This document shows, piece after piece, positions 10,175 through 19,418 of a stretch of 64,000 bases of DNA. This DNA comes from a candidate division FCPU426 bacterium. Lineage in GTDB: Bacteria > Oederibacteriota > PGYV01 > Palsa-1178. Each line of letters starts with the position of its first letter. Within the stretch, counting starts at the first letter, position 1. A program made the position numbers and the translations under genes. Location: the NCBI GenBank assembly GCA_963840035.1, contig CAWIXE010000001.1:896001-960000 (forward strand), given 5' to 3'. The notes beneath the pieces were generated by a model. It was not told where the DNA came from and ran no database searches. It worked only from the letters and a program-made list of their open reading frames with translations.

Positions 10175-10354
10175 GGGCGACCGCGTCAGAGCCTGATTCG
10201 TGATTCTATTTTCCCGTGTAAATCACAATTTCCTTACGCAACAGTATAGGGTGAAGCAAGTACAAACAGACAATACTCCAACCGTTAATCGAAGTAATCA
10301 AATGTCAACGCAGAATTGGTGTCAGGCACTAAAACTGCGTTGACAACTTGTAAA
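10175..10354 (+). repeat. 180-bp dispersed element, copy 1
   Basis: Direct-orientation match to 15009-15188 with one mismatch. Subterminal 11-bp stem TGTCAACGCAG/CTGCGTTGACA. Confidence 0.95.
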
Positions 10355-10396
10355 GTGGAGAAAGCCCGGAAAAACAAATCCGCAAAATTTCCTTGA

Positions 10397-11347
10397 CGGT
10401 CGCAGTATGAGGCGTTAAGGGCTGTAAATAAAGAGTTAATAGTTTTGTATTTGGATTTAGGAAGAATGATTTACGAAAAGCAGATGGTGTTGAAGTGGGG
10501 AAAGGCTGTTGTGGAGAATCTGGCAATTGATCTGCAATTAGAATACCCGGGAACTAAAGGATTTTCCAGCAGGAACATATGGAGAATGAAGGCTTTTTAT
10601 GAAATGTGTCAAACTGACCCAAAACTGCCACCAATGGTGGCAGAAATCAGCTGGGCTAAAAATATAGCTATAATGGAATCATGCAGGGATATCAAAGAGC
10701 GCATATTCTATATAAAAATGACGAAAAAATTCGGCTGGACAAAAAACGTGCTCATACACCAGATAGAAGGGAACAGTTACCGGGCTTATCTTGAAAACCA
10801 GACCAATTTTGATGCTTCGGTGCCGGAAAAATACAGGAACCAGGCCAAACTCGCCGTGAAAGACGAATATACGTTTGATTTCCTTGAACTGCCTGAGCAG
10901 CATGCTGAGCGGGAACTTGAAGAACAGCTGATTATGAAAATAAACAGGTTCCTGGCGGAGATGGGCGGTTATTTCAGTTTTGTGGGAAGCCAGTACAGGC
11001 TGGAGGTCGATGGGCACGAGTTTTTTGTAGACCTGCTTTTTTATCACCGGGCTCTTAAATGTCTTATCGCATTGGAATTAAAAACGGGAGAATATAAAGC
11101 CGAGTACGCGGGAAAAATGCAGTTTTATCTTTCTGTTCTAAATGACAGGGTAAAACTCAGCGGAGAGAATCCTTCCATAGGGATAATCCTGTGTAAAACA
11201 AAAAACAGGACAATTGTGGAGTATTCACTGACATCAGTCAAGCATCCCATAGGCGTAGCCTCATACCGGCTTACGGACAAACTGCCGGTGAAGTACAGAA
11301 AACATATAGGTCCTGTTGAATCAATTGCCGGCAGAATTTTCCAATAG
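10397..11347 (+). CDS. YhcG/DUF1016 PD-(D/E)XK nuclease family protein, N-terminus clipped
   Basis: WGKAVVENLAIDL, GFSSRNIWRM, KDEYTFDFL, FFVDLLFYHRALKCLIALELK and GKMQFYL motifs. Family-like sequence (SQYEALRAVNKELI) extends upstream of TTG 10445 to an in-frame TGA at 10394. Confidence 0.85.
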   Translation, partial: RSQYEALRAVNKELIVLYLDLGRMIYEKQMVLKWGKAVVENLAIDLQLEYPGTKGFSSRNIWRMKAFYEMCQTDPKLPPMVAEISWAKNIAIMESCRDIKERIFYIKMTKKFGWTKNVLIHQIEGNSYRAYLENQTNFDASVPEKYRNQAKLAVKDEYTFDFLELPEQHAERELEEQLIMKINRFLAEMGGYFSFVGSQYRLEVDGHEFFVDLLFYHRALKCLIALELKTGEYKAEYAGKMQFYLSVLNDRVKLSGENPSIGIILCKTKNRTIVEYSLTSVKHPIGVASYRLTDKLPVKYRKHIGPVESIAGRIFQ

Positions 11348-11533
11348 GCATGGAAAAATCAGTCAGCGGAAGAAGACTAAAAAAACGGGAACCTGCCCTT
11401 CAGCCTCCGCTGAAGCTTTGGCTGTTAGTAGGGTTAATTGTTGATAAGGCTGAGTAATATAGGAAAGGAGGTTTAATGAAATTTAAGGCAATTAAAGTTG
11501 TCTTAAATAGCCAATATTTTCTATGTTAAAACC

Positions 11534-11628
11534 TAGTTGACTGGAATTGACTGTTATTGTATAATTTAAGTCAACTATAGTTTACTTAAAATGCAATATT
11601 ATAGAATAAGTCTAAAATATAGGACTTA
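11534..11628 (+). promoter_or_regulatory. iterated TTGACT/AGTCAA half-sites and palindromes upstream of Fic gene
   Basis: TAGTTGACT, AATTGACT, near-palindrome TTAAGTCAACTA-TAGTTTACTTAA (11566-11589), TAAGTC-N10-GACTTA (11607-11628). TATAAT at 11560. Confidence 0.55.
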
Positions 11629-11641
11629 AAGGAGTGTTTTT

Positions 11642-12787
11642 ATGAGTGGCAGGGTAGGGGGGTTTGTTAGTCAGGCTTTGGGGTTTAAATCGTTTATGCC
11701 TGAATTGTTGACTTCGGAAAAGTTTAAAATTCACAGTGATGAAGAGCTGATATTGCTGCTCTCAGAGGCAGACCGCAGCCTTGCCTATCTGGACGGAAGC
11801 ACGCAGATATTGCCGGATATAGATTTTTTCATATTCATGTATGTGAAAAAGGAAGCCTTGCTTAGTTCACAGATAGAAGGCACACAGGCTTCTTTGCAGG
11901 GCGTGCTTGAGTTTGAAGCTGATTTGACGCCTAAGGGTGAAAAAATAAATGATATAAAAGAGGTAGTTAATTATCAGAAGGCACTTGATTATGGGCTCGG
12001 GCGGATAAAGGACCTGCCTTTATCGCTGCGGCTGATAAATGAAATACACACAATACTGATGGAAGGAACGAGGGGACACGAAAAAACTCCGGGTGAATTC
12101 AGGCGGAGCCAGAACTGGATAGGGGCGCATGGCGCCACTATAAAAACCGCGGTTTTTGTCCCGCCGCCTCATACAGAGATAATAGCCTTAATGGGCGACA
12201 TGGAAAAGTACATTCACCTTGAAGACAAGGTTCCGCCCCTTATAAAAATAGCTTTGATACACTATCAGTTTGAGACCATACATCCGTATCTTGACGGGAA
12301 TGGCAGGATAGGCCGCCTTCTGATAACTTTCTACCTGCTGTGGAAAAACATACTGCAGTCACCGGTGCTGTACCTGAGTTATTATTTTAAAAAGAACAGG
12401 CCGGAATACTATGAGAGGCTCAATGATGTCAGAAGAAAGGACGATGTGGAAGGATGGGTTAAATTTTTCCTGAAAGGGATAATAGAGGTGAGCAGGGATG
12501 CTTCCGCCGCATCAAGGGAGATAATCAATCTAAGGGAGCGCCTGATAGATAAACACAGCCAAAAATCAATCCATGCGGTGAGATTGATCAACTACCTCTT
12601 TCATATGCCTTTCATCAGCGGAAAAGAAATCGAGAACCATCTGAAAATATCGAAACAAACAGCCCTCATACTGCTGAAAGAATTTGAAAGAGAAGGCGTT
12701 CTGAAAGAGTATACGGGAAAAAAGAGATGGAAAAAATATCTTTTTAGTGAATACGTTTCTATAATAAAAAAAGGAACGGAAGAATAA
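11642..12787 (+). CDS. Fic family protein (Fic/DOC N-terminal domain, C-terminal wHTH)
   Basis: KEALLSSQIEGT, PGEFRRSQNWIG, HYQFETIHPYLDGNGRIGR and GVLKEYTGKKR motifs. Confidence 0.95.
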   Translation: MSGRVGGFVSQALGFKSFMPELLTSEKFKIHSDEELILLLSEADRSLAYLDGSTQILPDIDFFIFMYVKKEALLSSQIEGTQASLQGVLEFEADLTPKGEKINDIKEVVNYQKALDYGLGRIKDLPLSLRLINEIHTILMEGTRGHEKTPGEFRRSQNWIGAHGATIKTAVFVPPPHTEIIALMGDMEKYIHLEDKVPPLIKIALIHYQFETIHPYLDGNGRIGRLLITFYLLWKNILQSPVLYLSYYFKKNRPEYYERLNDVRRKDDVEGWVKFFLKGIIEVSRDASAASREIINLRERLIDKHSQKSIHAVRLINYLFHMPFISGKEIENHLKISKQTALILLKEFEREGVLKEYTGKKRWKKYLFSEYVSIIKKGTEE

Positions 12788-12953
12788 ACGGGATAAATAA
12801 GGTCAATGGAATTCTTGGGCTGTGGGAAAAGCTGCGTAATGAAGATTTCAAAGGGGTAGAATTCGACTCCTTTGTGTACCATTCTTTATTTGCGATGGAA
12901 TTGCCCGGAAGGTTTATGGTATAATTATTTTACATAATAACCGGGGGTTGCAT

Positions 12954-13958
12954 ATGAAAAAAACAGTTTTTATAATTTTGATTGCCATGTATGTTTTTGT
13001 CCTTGTCAGCTGCGCCACAAAACATCCAACCGGGCCAATAACGGTTGTATCCACGGCGACTGCCACGCGCACGCAGGTTGCGGCGACTTCAACTCATACA
13101 CCAACACGCACAAAGACCCCGGACAACACTGCCACTGCGTCATTTTCCGCGACAGGCACCTTAACAGCCACGGACACCGGCACCAAAACATTTACACCGA
13201 CCTTAACCCCGACCAAAACAGCCACTATGACCGTTACGGAAACGCCAACCATAACCGCGACTGGGACAGTCACGTCCACCATTACAGTATCGCCGACAGC
13301 CTCTATTTCAGCGACATATACTGAAACAGCCACTGACACACCGGTGTACTCGCCGACCACAACCCCGACAGCTTTAAACTGCAGCTATTCGGGAAATGAA
13401 GTGGTGATAAGCCAGATATACGGCGGGGCAAGTTCTTCGGTCTTCGGGGGCAGTTATAATTATGATTTTGTAGTCCTGCACAACAGGTCAGACTGCGCTT
13501 TTACAATGACCAACTGGAGCATACAGTACGCCGCGGCAATGGGAACTTCGATTAGTTCCAAGTTTACGCTCAACGGCACCATACAACCCGGCGGATATTA
13601 TCTTATAAGGATGTACGGCCCGGGCATAGAAGGCAGCGCGCTGCCGGCAGCTGACGCGTCAACCAGCATGAGCATTGCTTCCAACGCGGGAATGTTCTAT
13701 CTGCACAACCAGACTACAGACGTGCCCCTTGCCGCCTACGGGTGCCCGGCCGGTACTATCAAGGATTTTGTAGGGTACGGCGGAGCCGGCGGGGTCAACT
13801 GCTGGGATGGCACTTCCCCGGTGAGCTCGCCATTGATTAATCAGGGCTGCATAAGGAAAACCAGCGGATGCCAGGATACGAACAGTAATTACAACGACTT
13901 TACGGTAGGAATCCCATCACCGCAGAATTCCGCGTCCACGGCAGTCATCTGCCCGTAG
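12954..13958 (+). CDS. lipoprotein with Thr-rich stalk and lamin-tail-domain-like C-terminus
   Basis: Lipobox LVSC; ~115 aa T-x-T repeats; VVISQIYGG...DFVVLHN...WSIQYA...GTIQPGGYYLI...DFVGYG...DTNSNYNDF. Confidence 0.8.
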   Translation: MKKTVFIILIAMYVFVLVSCATKHPTGPITVVSTATATRTQVAATSTHTPTRTKTPDNTATASFSATGTLTATDTGTKTFTPTLTPTKTATMTVTETPTITATGTVTSTITVSPTASISATYTETATDTPVYSPTTTPTALNCSYSGNEVVISQIYGGASSSVFGGSYNYDFVVLHNRSDCAFTMTNWSIQYAAAMGTSISSKFTLNGTIQPGGYYLIRMYGPGIEGSALPAADASTSMSIASNAGMFYLHNQTTDVPLAAYGCPAGTIKDFVGYGGAGGVNCWDGTSPVSSPLINQGCIRKTSGCQDTNSNYNDFTVGIPSPQNSASTAVICP

Positions 13959-14102
13959 GGAACGCGCGGCGTTTGAATGACGTGACAGGATGCGGGGCTA
14001 GAGCTGACAATCGAAGGTCTGATACCATTCTCTTTATAGAAATGAAACGAGATATTATTAGCTTCTAAAACAGATACAGCTAAAAATACGAGAGGAAACT
14101 TT

Positions 14103-14756
14103 GTGAAGAAATTCTACAAACTTGTGATATTTGATTTTGATGGGACCCTTGTTGATTCCGCCGACGGCATATGGCACACGGCAAACGAAATGGCAAAAAA
14201 GTATAACCTGAAGATATTTAAAAGGGAATTTATTGAGAAGGCACTCGGGACAGGCATGGATAATTTTTTTAACGATATTTTCCCGGAACAGGTCAAACAG
14301 CTTGGACTAAAAGAAGTCGCCAGGATAAACCTAGCTATATACGATATGATGTACAAAGAAGGGCTGAAAATATACCCAAATGTAAAGCGGACGCTGAAGC
14401 ACCTCCATTCGCGCGGGATCAAACTCGCAATCGCCTCAAACAAATTAAAAAAGTATGTAACTTTAATAAGCAAGGAGTTAGGGATAAAGGAATACTTCGA
14501 TATAATTTTAGGCGGAGAGGATGTAAAGCGCCGAAAACCCGATCCGTTTGTCGTGTATTATCTCATGAAAAAGTACGTATTAAAGAAAGAAGATGTGCTT
14601 TTTGTTGGGGATAGCCAATATGACGTTGAGACCGCCAAAAATGCGGGTGTTGACTGCGTATTCCTCAAATACGGTTACGCTGACAGGGCCATCGTGAAAA
14701 AACTTAAACCAGAATTTCAGTTTAAGGATTTCGGGGATATAAAAGACATAATATAA
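14103..14756 (+). CDS. HAD-family hydrolase (phosphoglycolate phosphatase-like)
   Basis: FDFDGTLVDS, IASNK, KPDP and FVGDSQYDVETAKNAG motifs. Confidence 0.92.
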   Translation: MKKFYKLVIFDFDGTLVDSADGIWHTANEMAKKYNLKIFKREFIEKALGTGMDNFFNDIFPEQVKQLGLKEVARINLAIYDMMYKEGLKIYPNVKRTLKHLHSRGIKLAIASNKLKKYVTLISKELGIKEYFDIILGGEDVKRRKPDPFVVYYLMKKYVLKKEDVLFVGDSQYDVETAKNAGVDCVFLKYGYADRAIVKKLKPEFQFKDFGDIKDII

Positions 14757-14776
14757 TATGGGGAGTAATTAGCATT

Positions 14777-15008
14777 ATGAAATCAATTACAGACTGCCGG
14801 TTGTTATTTTTTTATTAATCACACTCCTTTGCTCCTGCGGTAAGCTTCCCATAAACGAACCCGGTAAAACTGTCCCTCCGTTTACCACTGATTTTGAATC
14901 CGGGAACATAGACGGGTGGAGGAAAAATTACAATGAGTAAACCACTTCCTTTAATATAGTCTCTGACATAACCGCACGCAAGTGGTTATATTGCGGCAAG
15001 TTCACTAA
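14777..15008 (+). pseudogene. N-terminal fragment of a lipoprotein, frameshifted and cut by the 180-bp element
   Basis: GGGAG then ATG; frameshift in a T run near 14810; LLCSCG lipobox and FTTDFESGNIDGW; internal TAA at 14938; ends at the repeat boundary. Confidence 0.45.
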
Positions 15009-15188
15009 GGGCGACCGCGTCAGAGCCTGATTCGTGATTCTATTTTCCCGTGTAAATCACAATTTCCTTACGCAACAGTATAGGGTGAAGCAAGTACAAA
15101 CAGACAATACGCCAACCGTTAATCGAAGTAATCAAATGTCAACGCAGAATTGGTGTCAGGCACTAAAACTGCGTTGACAACTTGTAAA
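15009..15188 (+). repeat. 180-bp dispersed element, copy 2
   Basis: 179/180 identical to 10175-10354 (CAATACGCC versus CAATACTCC). Confidence 0.95.
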
Positions 15189-15488
15189 ATTGAGAATGCC
15201 CGGCCAATTAATCCGGGGAATTTTATCGGACCGATTATTTTTGGAAAGGTTCGGGGCGGAAAAGATGATATCTACACTATTGAGAAAATTGACAGGGTCC
15301 TATGACGCATGCTGGTTTCACAGGCAGGGATTAATTTTCACTATACAACACGCAAGAAAAAAGGTAAAATATGTAAAGTTCTTGAGGCTTTAATATTAAA
15401 AGGAAAGAAACCAGACTGTTTCTTTCCCTGCTGCTGATGCGGACGCTTTCTGTTCGGATTATCAGACTAAACTAAACGGTGCCAAAAA

Positions 15489-16832
15489 ATGAACAGAAAA
15501 ACGGACGTACCAAAACTATTTTTAATAATTGTATTGACCTTTGTACCTGCATTTATATCGGCAGCCACCTGGACCATATGCCCTTCAGGCTGCGACTACA
15601 CTTCCATTCAGACCGCCTATAGCAACGCCTTAGCAGGCGACACCCTTGAACTGCGCGCAAACCTTGCGGAAAATCTCTACATGATGAACGCGAAAGCATG
15701 CAACATAACTTCCCAGACAGGGAACAGGTTTACCTGGGACGGCGCAAATGACGGCAACCCAACACTGACCGTCGAGTCATACGGCTCGGCATACAATGCC
15801 TGGACCATCTCAAACATTGTGATGGACCACTCCAGCGCGAGCGGAGGTTATGTCATCCGGATGTACAGGGGAAGCAACGGCGACATAAACCCGAACCTGA
15901 CAATAACTCAGAGCATACTTATGAGGACATCACCTTCAAATACCAACGGCGCGATCATCAGCAGCCAGGGGTCGACATGGAACGGCACGGATTCAACGGC
16001 AGTAACGCTGACAAGGACAGAACTAATAGGCTCATCAAATTGCGACGGGCTCTGGTATGACGGCGGAAATAACACCCATCCTTATGACCTGACCAACTGC
16101 ATACTCAGGGGTTTTACCGGAACAAGGCGCGCCATTTTTGACGGCGGAAACAACTGGGCTATAAGCGTGGCAATGACAAATTGCACTTTTTTTAACAATA
16201 ATGAGGCGTACAGGGCCGCAAGCTCTGCCAACGGCCCGAAGCAGTATATAAAAAATTGCCTGTTCATAGGAAATACCTCTGATATCGCAAACCTTAGCGC
16301 AAGCAGGAAAGCGGACATAACATACTGCGCCATATCAGGCTCGGGTTACGGAACCGGCTGCCAGTATAACCCGGTGGCGGCTAATGAAGTGGTGAATCCT
16401 GACACATCAGGAACGCCGGATCTCCACCTGCTTTCCACCGCGCCAAAAAGCCTTGATAAAGGAACAAACACAGGAGCGCCGGCAGTGGATTATCCGGGAA
16501 ATCCAAGGCCGTTTAATCTCATAACGGACATAGGCGCATACGAATATGTGCCTTCGCTTATGATATCAAAATCCGCGAACGTTAACGCGGCGTACCTTGG
16601 CGACACCATCACATACTGCATAACATATACCAACAGCTCCACGACAGAGGATAAGGAAACAGACATATGGGACACCATCCCGGGAAATATGGTGTTTTCA
16701 GGGTGCAATAATAGCTGCGACGTGCAGGCATTCGGGATATATAGTTTAGTGCACTGGTACATTGCGGTCCCGCCGGGGGCGTATGGAACCATGTGTTTTT
16801 ACGCCAGGATTACTGATTACGTAAGGCCTTAG
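15489..16832 (+). CDS. secreted beta-helix protein with choice-of-anchor Q-like motif and DUF11-like domain
   Basis: Signal peptide; ICPSGCDYTSIQTA; DLHLLSTAP..LDKG...DYPGNPR...DIGAYEY; ISKSANVNAAYLGDTITYCITYTN...DTIP. Confidence 0.75.
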   Translation: MNRKTDVPKLFLIIVLTFVPAFISAATWTICPSGCDYTSIQTAYSNALAGDTLELRANLAENLYMMNAKACNITSQTGNRFTWDGANDGNPTLTVESYGSAYNAWTISNIVMDHSSASGGYVIRMYRGSNGDINPNLTITQSILMRTSPSNTNGAIISSQGSTWNGTDSTAVTLTRTELIGSSNCDGLWYDGGNNTHPYDLTNCILRGFTGTRRAIFDGGNNWAISVAMTNCTFFNNNEAYRAASSANGPKQYIKNCLFIGNTSDIANLSASRKADITYCAISGSGYGTGCQYNPVAANEVVNPDTSGTPDLHLLSTAPKSLDKGTNTGAPAVDYPGNPRPFNLITDIGAYEYVPSLMISKSANVNAAYLGDTITYCITYTNSSTTEDKETDIWDTIPGNMVFSGCNNSCDVQAFGIYSLVHWYIAVPPGAYGTMCFYARITDYVRP

Positions 16833-16919
16833 AACAAGTACACTTCTGAATTTACAAACAATTCCTGACCCCCATTACTGATATTGTCAAGAATTGTGTG
16901 TAAATTGTTTTGTTCTTTT

Positions 16920-17010
16920 TTCCCTCTCCCCTTGGGAGAGGGCAGGGTGAGGGGAATAAGACAATTGGTTTCACCTCACCCCAGCCCCTCTCCTAAGAGG
17001 AGAGGGGGAG
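16920..17010. repeat. CCCTCTCC-family palindromic repeat doublet
   Basis: CCCTCTCCCCTTGGGAGAGGG-CAGGGTGAGG and inverted partner CCTCACCCCAGCCCCTCTCCTAAGAGGAGAGGGG. Near-identical to 20292-20383. Confidence 0.85.
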
Positions 17011-17172
17011 CAGTGGTAGAAGAAAATTAACACGTTTAATATAAGCAAATATGAATTTACACACGATTATATACAATAACCCCATTACTCCATTACTTGA
17101 ATTATTGCCGCATTCGGGTATACTTGTGTATACGGTGATTATTAGAACCGGCAAAAAACAGCAGAGGTGAAT

Positions 17173-17469
17173 ATGTATTTTACAATGTCGTGGGATATTG
17201 AAGGCGATGACAAGGCTTTTACGAGGATAAGCAGCCTTATCATGGATATTATCAAGAAACACTCCATGATGACAACAGAGCCTGTCTCAAAGTACCTGAT
17301 GGTGAAGATTGAATCAGAGGCCTACTGGAACATCATTTTAAAATCTTTAACCGGAATCTGCGAGATGTATAAGGGCAAGGTGAACTTCATAATGTCGCCT
17401 CCGCTTTCGGGCGGGCAGTGTAATGGAAGGATAAAGGACTGGACAAAGGTCAATGAGGTAATGAAGTAG
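17173..17469 (+). CDS. hypothetical protein
   Basis: ORF preceded by GAGGTG RBS; no recognisable motif. Confidence 0.6.
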   Translation: MYFTMSWDIEGDDKAFTRISSLIMDIIKKHSMMTTEPVSKYLMVKIESEAYWNIILKSLTGICEMYKGKVNFIMSPPLSGGQCNGRIKDWTKVNEVMK

Positions 17470-17579
17470 GCGGAAACTTTGAGAATCGAAAACCGAGAAT
17501 TGATCAGCGCTCCTTAGAGGGTTCAGCTTCGACGCGCAGGCAAGTTTGGAAAGTTATTATATAAAAGCAGGGGGGTAAA

Positions 17580-18281
17580 ATGAAAAAAAATTTAACTTTG
17601 GTAGTTTTATTGGCAATGGTTGTTTTTGTCTTTTCGGGATGCAGGACTTACATGGTGCAGGTTGACTCCATAAGCGACAGCACGGTGAAGCTGAATAAAA
17701 CTTATGTCATCGCTTCCGGAAATAAGGATACGGGGGTAAATGACCTTCAGTTTAAGGAATTCGCGGGGCTGCTGGTCAAGGCCATGGCAATACAGGGCTA
17801 CATGCTGGCGGCAACGGCGCAGGCCGCGGACATCCAGGTCTTTTTATCTTATGGCATAGGTGTGCCGGAAACGCACGTGTATACGTACCTTGATTCGGTT
17901 TGGGGCCAGACAGGCGTAAATATCTACACTCAGACAAACCAGCAGGCAGGTCCTGATAATACCGTCACCCAGTATACTTCCACATACATGGAGCCGCAGT
18001 ACGGGGTGACAGGGTATGTGGAAAAGACAGGACAGTACACGGTTTATGACAAATATGTTTTGATAGACGCATATGACATTAAAAACAGCACTAAGGGGTC
18101 GCAGTTAAAGGAAATATGGAAAACATCCATGACTGCCAATGGAAAATCAAAAGATTTAAGAAAAGTTTTCCCGGGGCTTCTGGCAGCCGGGTCAAAATAC
18201 ATAGGTATTAATACGGGAGAGAACCTTACGGTGGAAGTCACGCCGGATTCGCCGGAGTTAAAGGCAATAAAGGGGAATTAA
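17580..18281 (+). CDS. lipoprotein, DUF4136-like
   Basis: Lipobox FSGC; ADIQVFLSYGI, YVLIDAYD and EIWKT motifs. Confidence 0.65.
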   Translation: MKKNLTLVVLLAMVVFVFSGCRTYMVQVDSISDSTVKLNKTYVIASGNKDTGVNDLQFKEFAGLLVKAMAIQGYMLAATAQAADIQVFLSYGIGVPETHVYTYLDSVWGQTGVNIYTQTNQQAGPDNTVTQYTSTYMEPQYGVTGYVEKTGQYTVYDKYVLIDAYDIKNSTKGSQLKEIWKTSMTANGKSKDLRKVFPGLLAAGSKYIGINTGENLTVEVTPDSPELKAIKGN

Positions 18282-18333
18282 TCATAAGTCCGGTTTTACG
18301 CTTCCTGTACTGAAATATAAAAAGGAGGGTGGA

Positions 18334-18819
18334 ATGAACAAAATAACAACATGTCTGTGGTATGACAACCGCGCTGAAGAGGCTGTAAATTTTTACGCGT
18401 CAATCCTTAAAAATGTTAAGATCGGAAAATTATCGCGCTATGATGAGGAAGGCGCTAAAGTTTCGGGGCAAAAAGCCGGAACCGTGCTGACCGTGCCTTT
18501 TTCCATAGACGGGCAGAAGTTCGTGGCTTTGAACGGCGGGCCAATATTTAAGTTCACGCCGGCGATATCTTTCCAGATAAACTGCAAGGACCAGGCAGAG
18601 GTGGACTATCTGTGGGAAAAACTGTCCGAGGGCGGGGGAAAAAGCCAGTGCGGGTGGATAACGGATAAATTCGGGGTATCATGGCAGATAGTACCTCTGG
18701 CGCTTGGAAAACTGCTCGCGGACAAGGATCCTGTAAAGTCAAGGCGCGTAATGGATGCCATGCTGAAGATGACAAAAATAGACATAGCGGGGTTGATCAA
18801 AGCATATAAAAACAAATAA
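18334..18819 (+). CDS. VOC family protein (PhnB / 3-demethylubiquinone-9 3-methyltransferase-like)
   Basis: KITTCLWY..AEEAVNFY, ALNGGPIFKFTPAISF, CGWITDKFGVSWQIVP and AMLKMTKIDI motifs. Confidence 0.92.
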   Translation: MNKITTCLWYDNRAEEAVNFYASILKNVKIGKLSRYDEEGAKVSGQKAGTVLTVPFSIDGQKFVALNGGPIFKFTPAISFQINCKDQAEVDYLWEKLSEGGGKSQCGWITDKFGVSWQIVPLALGKLLADKDPVKSRRVMDAMLKMTKIDIAGLIKAYKNK

Positions 18820-18831
18820 ATGGGGGTGACT

Positions 18832-19191
18832 ATGGGAGTGGAATGGATAGAACACAGGGGAAAGAAGATACTTTATTCGGATTTCAGCAACATACGCAGG
18901 CCCGAGGAATCCATAGAGCAGCTTTACTTAATGGAAAAGAAATTCAGGGAGTCAAAGGAAAAGGTAAGGCACATGCTGAACTTTGAAAACACGGCGGTGT
19001 CGCCGGAATTCATGGACGCGGCAAAGAAAGTGGGCCTCGGGCTGATGCCTGACGCGCAGAAGAACGCTTTTGTAAAGGTCTCTCCTTTGAAGACGGTGCT
19101 TTTAAAAGGCTTCCTTTTTTTTACCAACGGCAATGAAAAAACAAAGGCTTTTGATTCAATAGACGAGGCCAAGGACTGGCTTATAGGGTAG
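18832..19191 (+). CDS. small STAS/SEC14 (SpoIIAA)-like protein, paralog A
   Basis: WIEHRGKKILYSDFSN...KAFDSIDEAKDWL; clear paralog of 23251-23607. Confidence 0.65.
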   Translation: MGVEWIEHRGKKILYSDFSNIRRPEESIEQLYLMEKKFRESKEKVRHMLNFENTAVSPEFMDAAKKVGLGLMPDAQKNAFVKVSPLKTVLLKGFLFFTNGNEKTKAFDSIDEAKDWLIG

Positions 19192-19418
19192 TTTTTTTAT
19201 TTGCGTGAGTTAATAACAGTAACTGCAAAAACGGCGTCAAACCGGCGCCGGCATTGCAGTCATAATAACGGGAAGGCTGCGTCATAATTTTCTGTCCGCT
19301 GCACGGGATTGGCGGGCAGCCATTTTAGACTGCGTTAGGGCACACACGGGGAATATTGACAAAACTATCAAAAACATCAAAGCCCGTGCTGATAAAAAGA
19401 AATCCGCCTAACAAATGC

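Noticed and set aside
10175..10354. Group II intron end or IscB/omegaRNA as identity of the 180-bp element
   Set aside because: No domain V motif and no GTGCG start. GTCAAC occurs only inside the hairpin, and no IscB, TnpB or RT gene is nearby.
10394..10396. Stop-codon recoding (TGA readthrough) to rescue YhcG
   Set aside because: The sequence upstream of the TGA is not family-like, and other genes here end normally at TGA (44279, 46751, 49569).
15190..15393. 67-aa ORF after repeat copy 2 (also 22551-22835, 27597-27779, 49747-50038, 51679-52020)
   Set aside because: These ORFs overlap repeats or gene scraps and have no coding signature.
19260..19415. Integron attC site (CCTAAC / GTTAGG motifs)
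   Set aside because: Box spacing and complementarity do not fit attC, there is no repetition between neighbouring genes, and no IntI.
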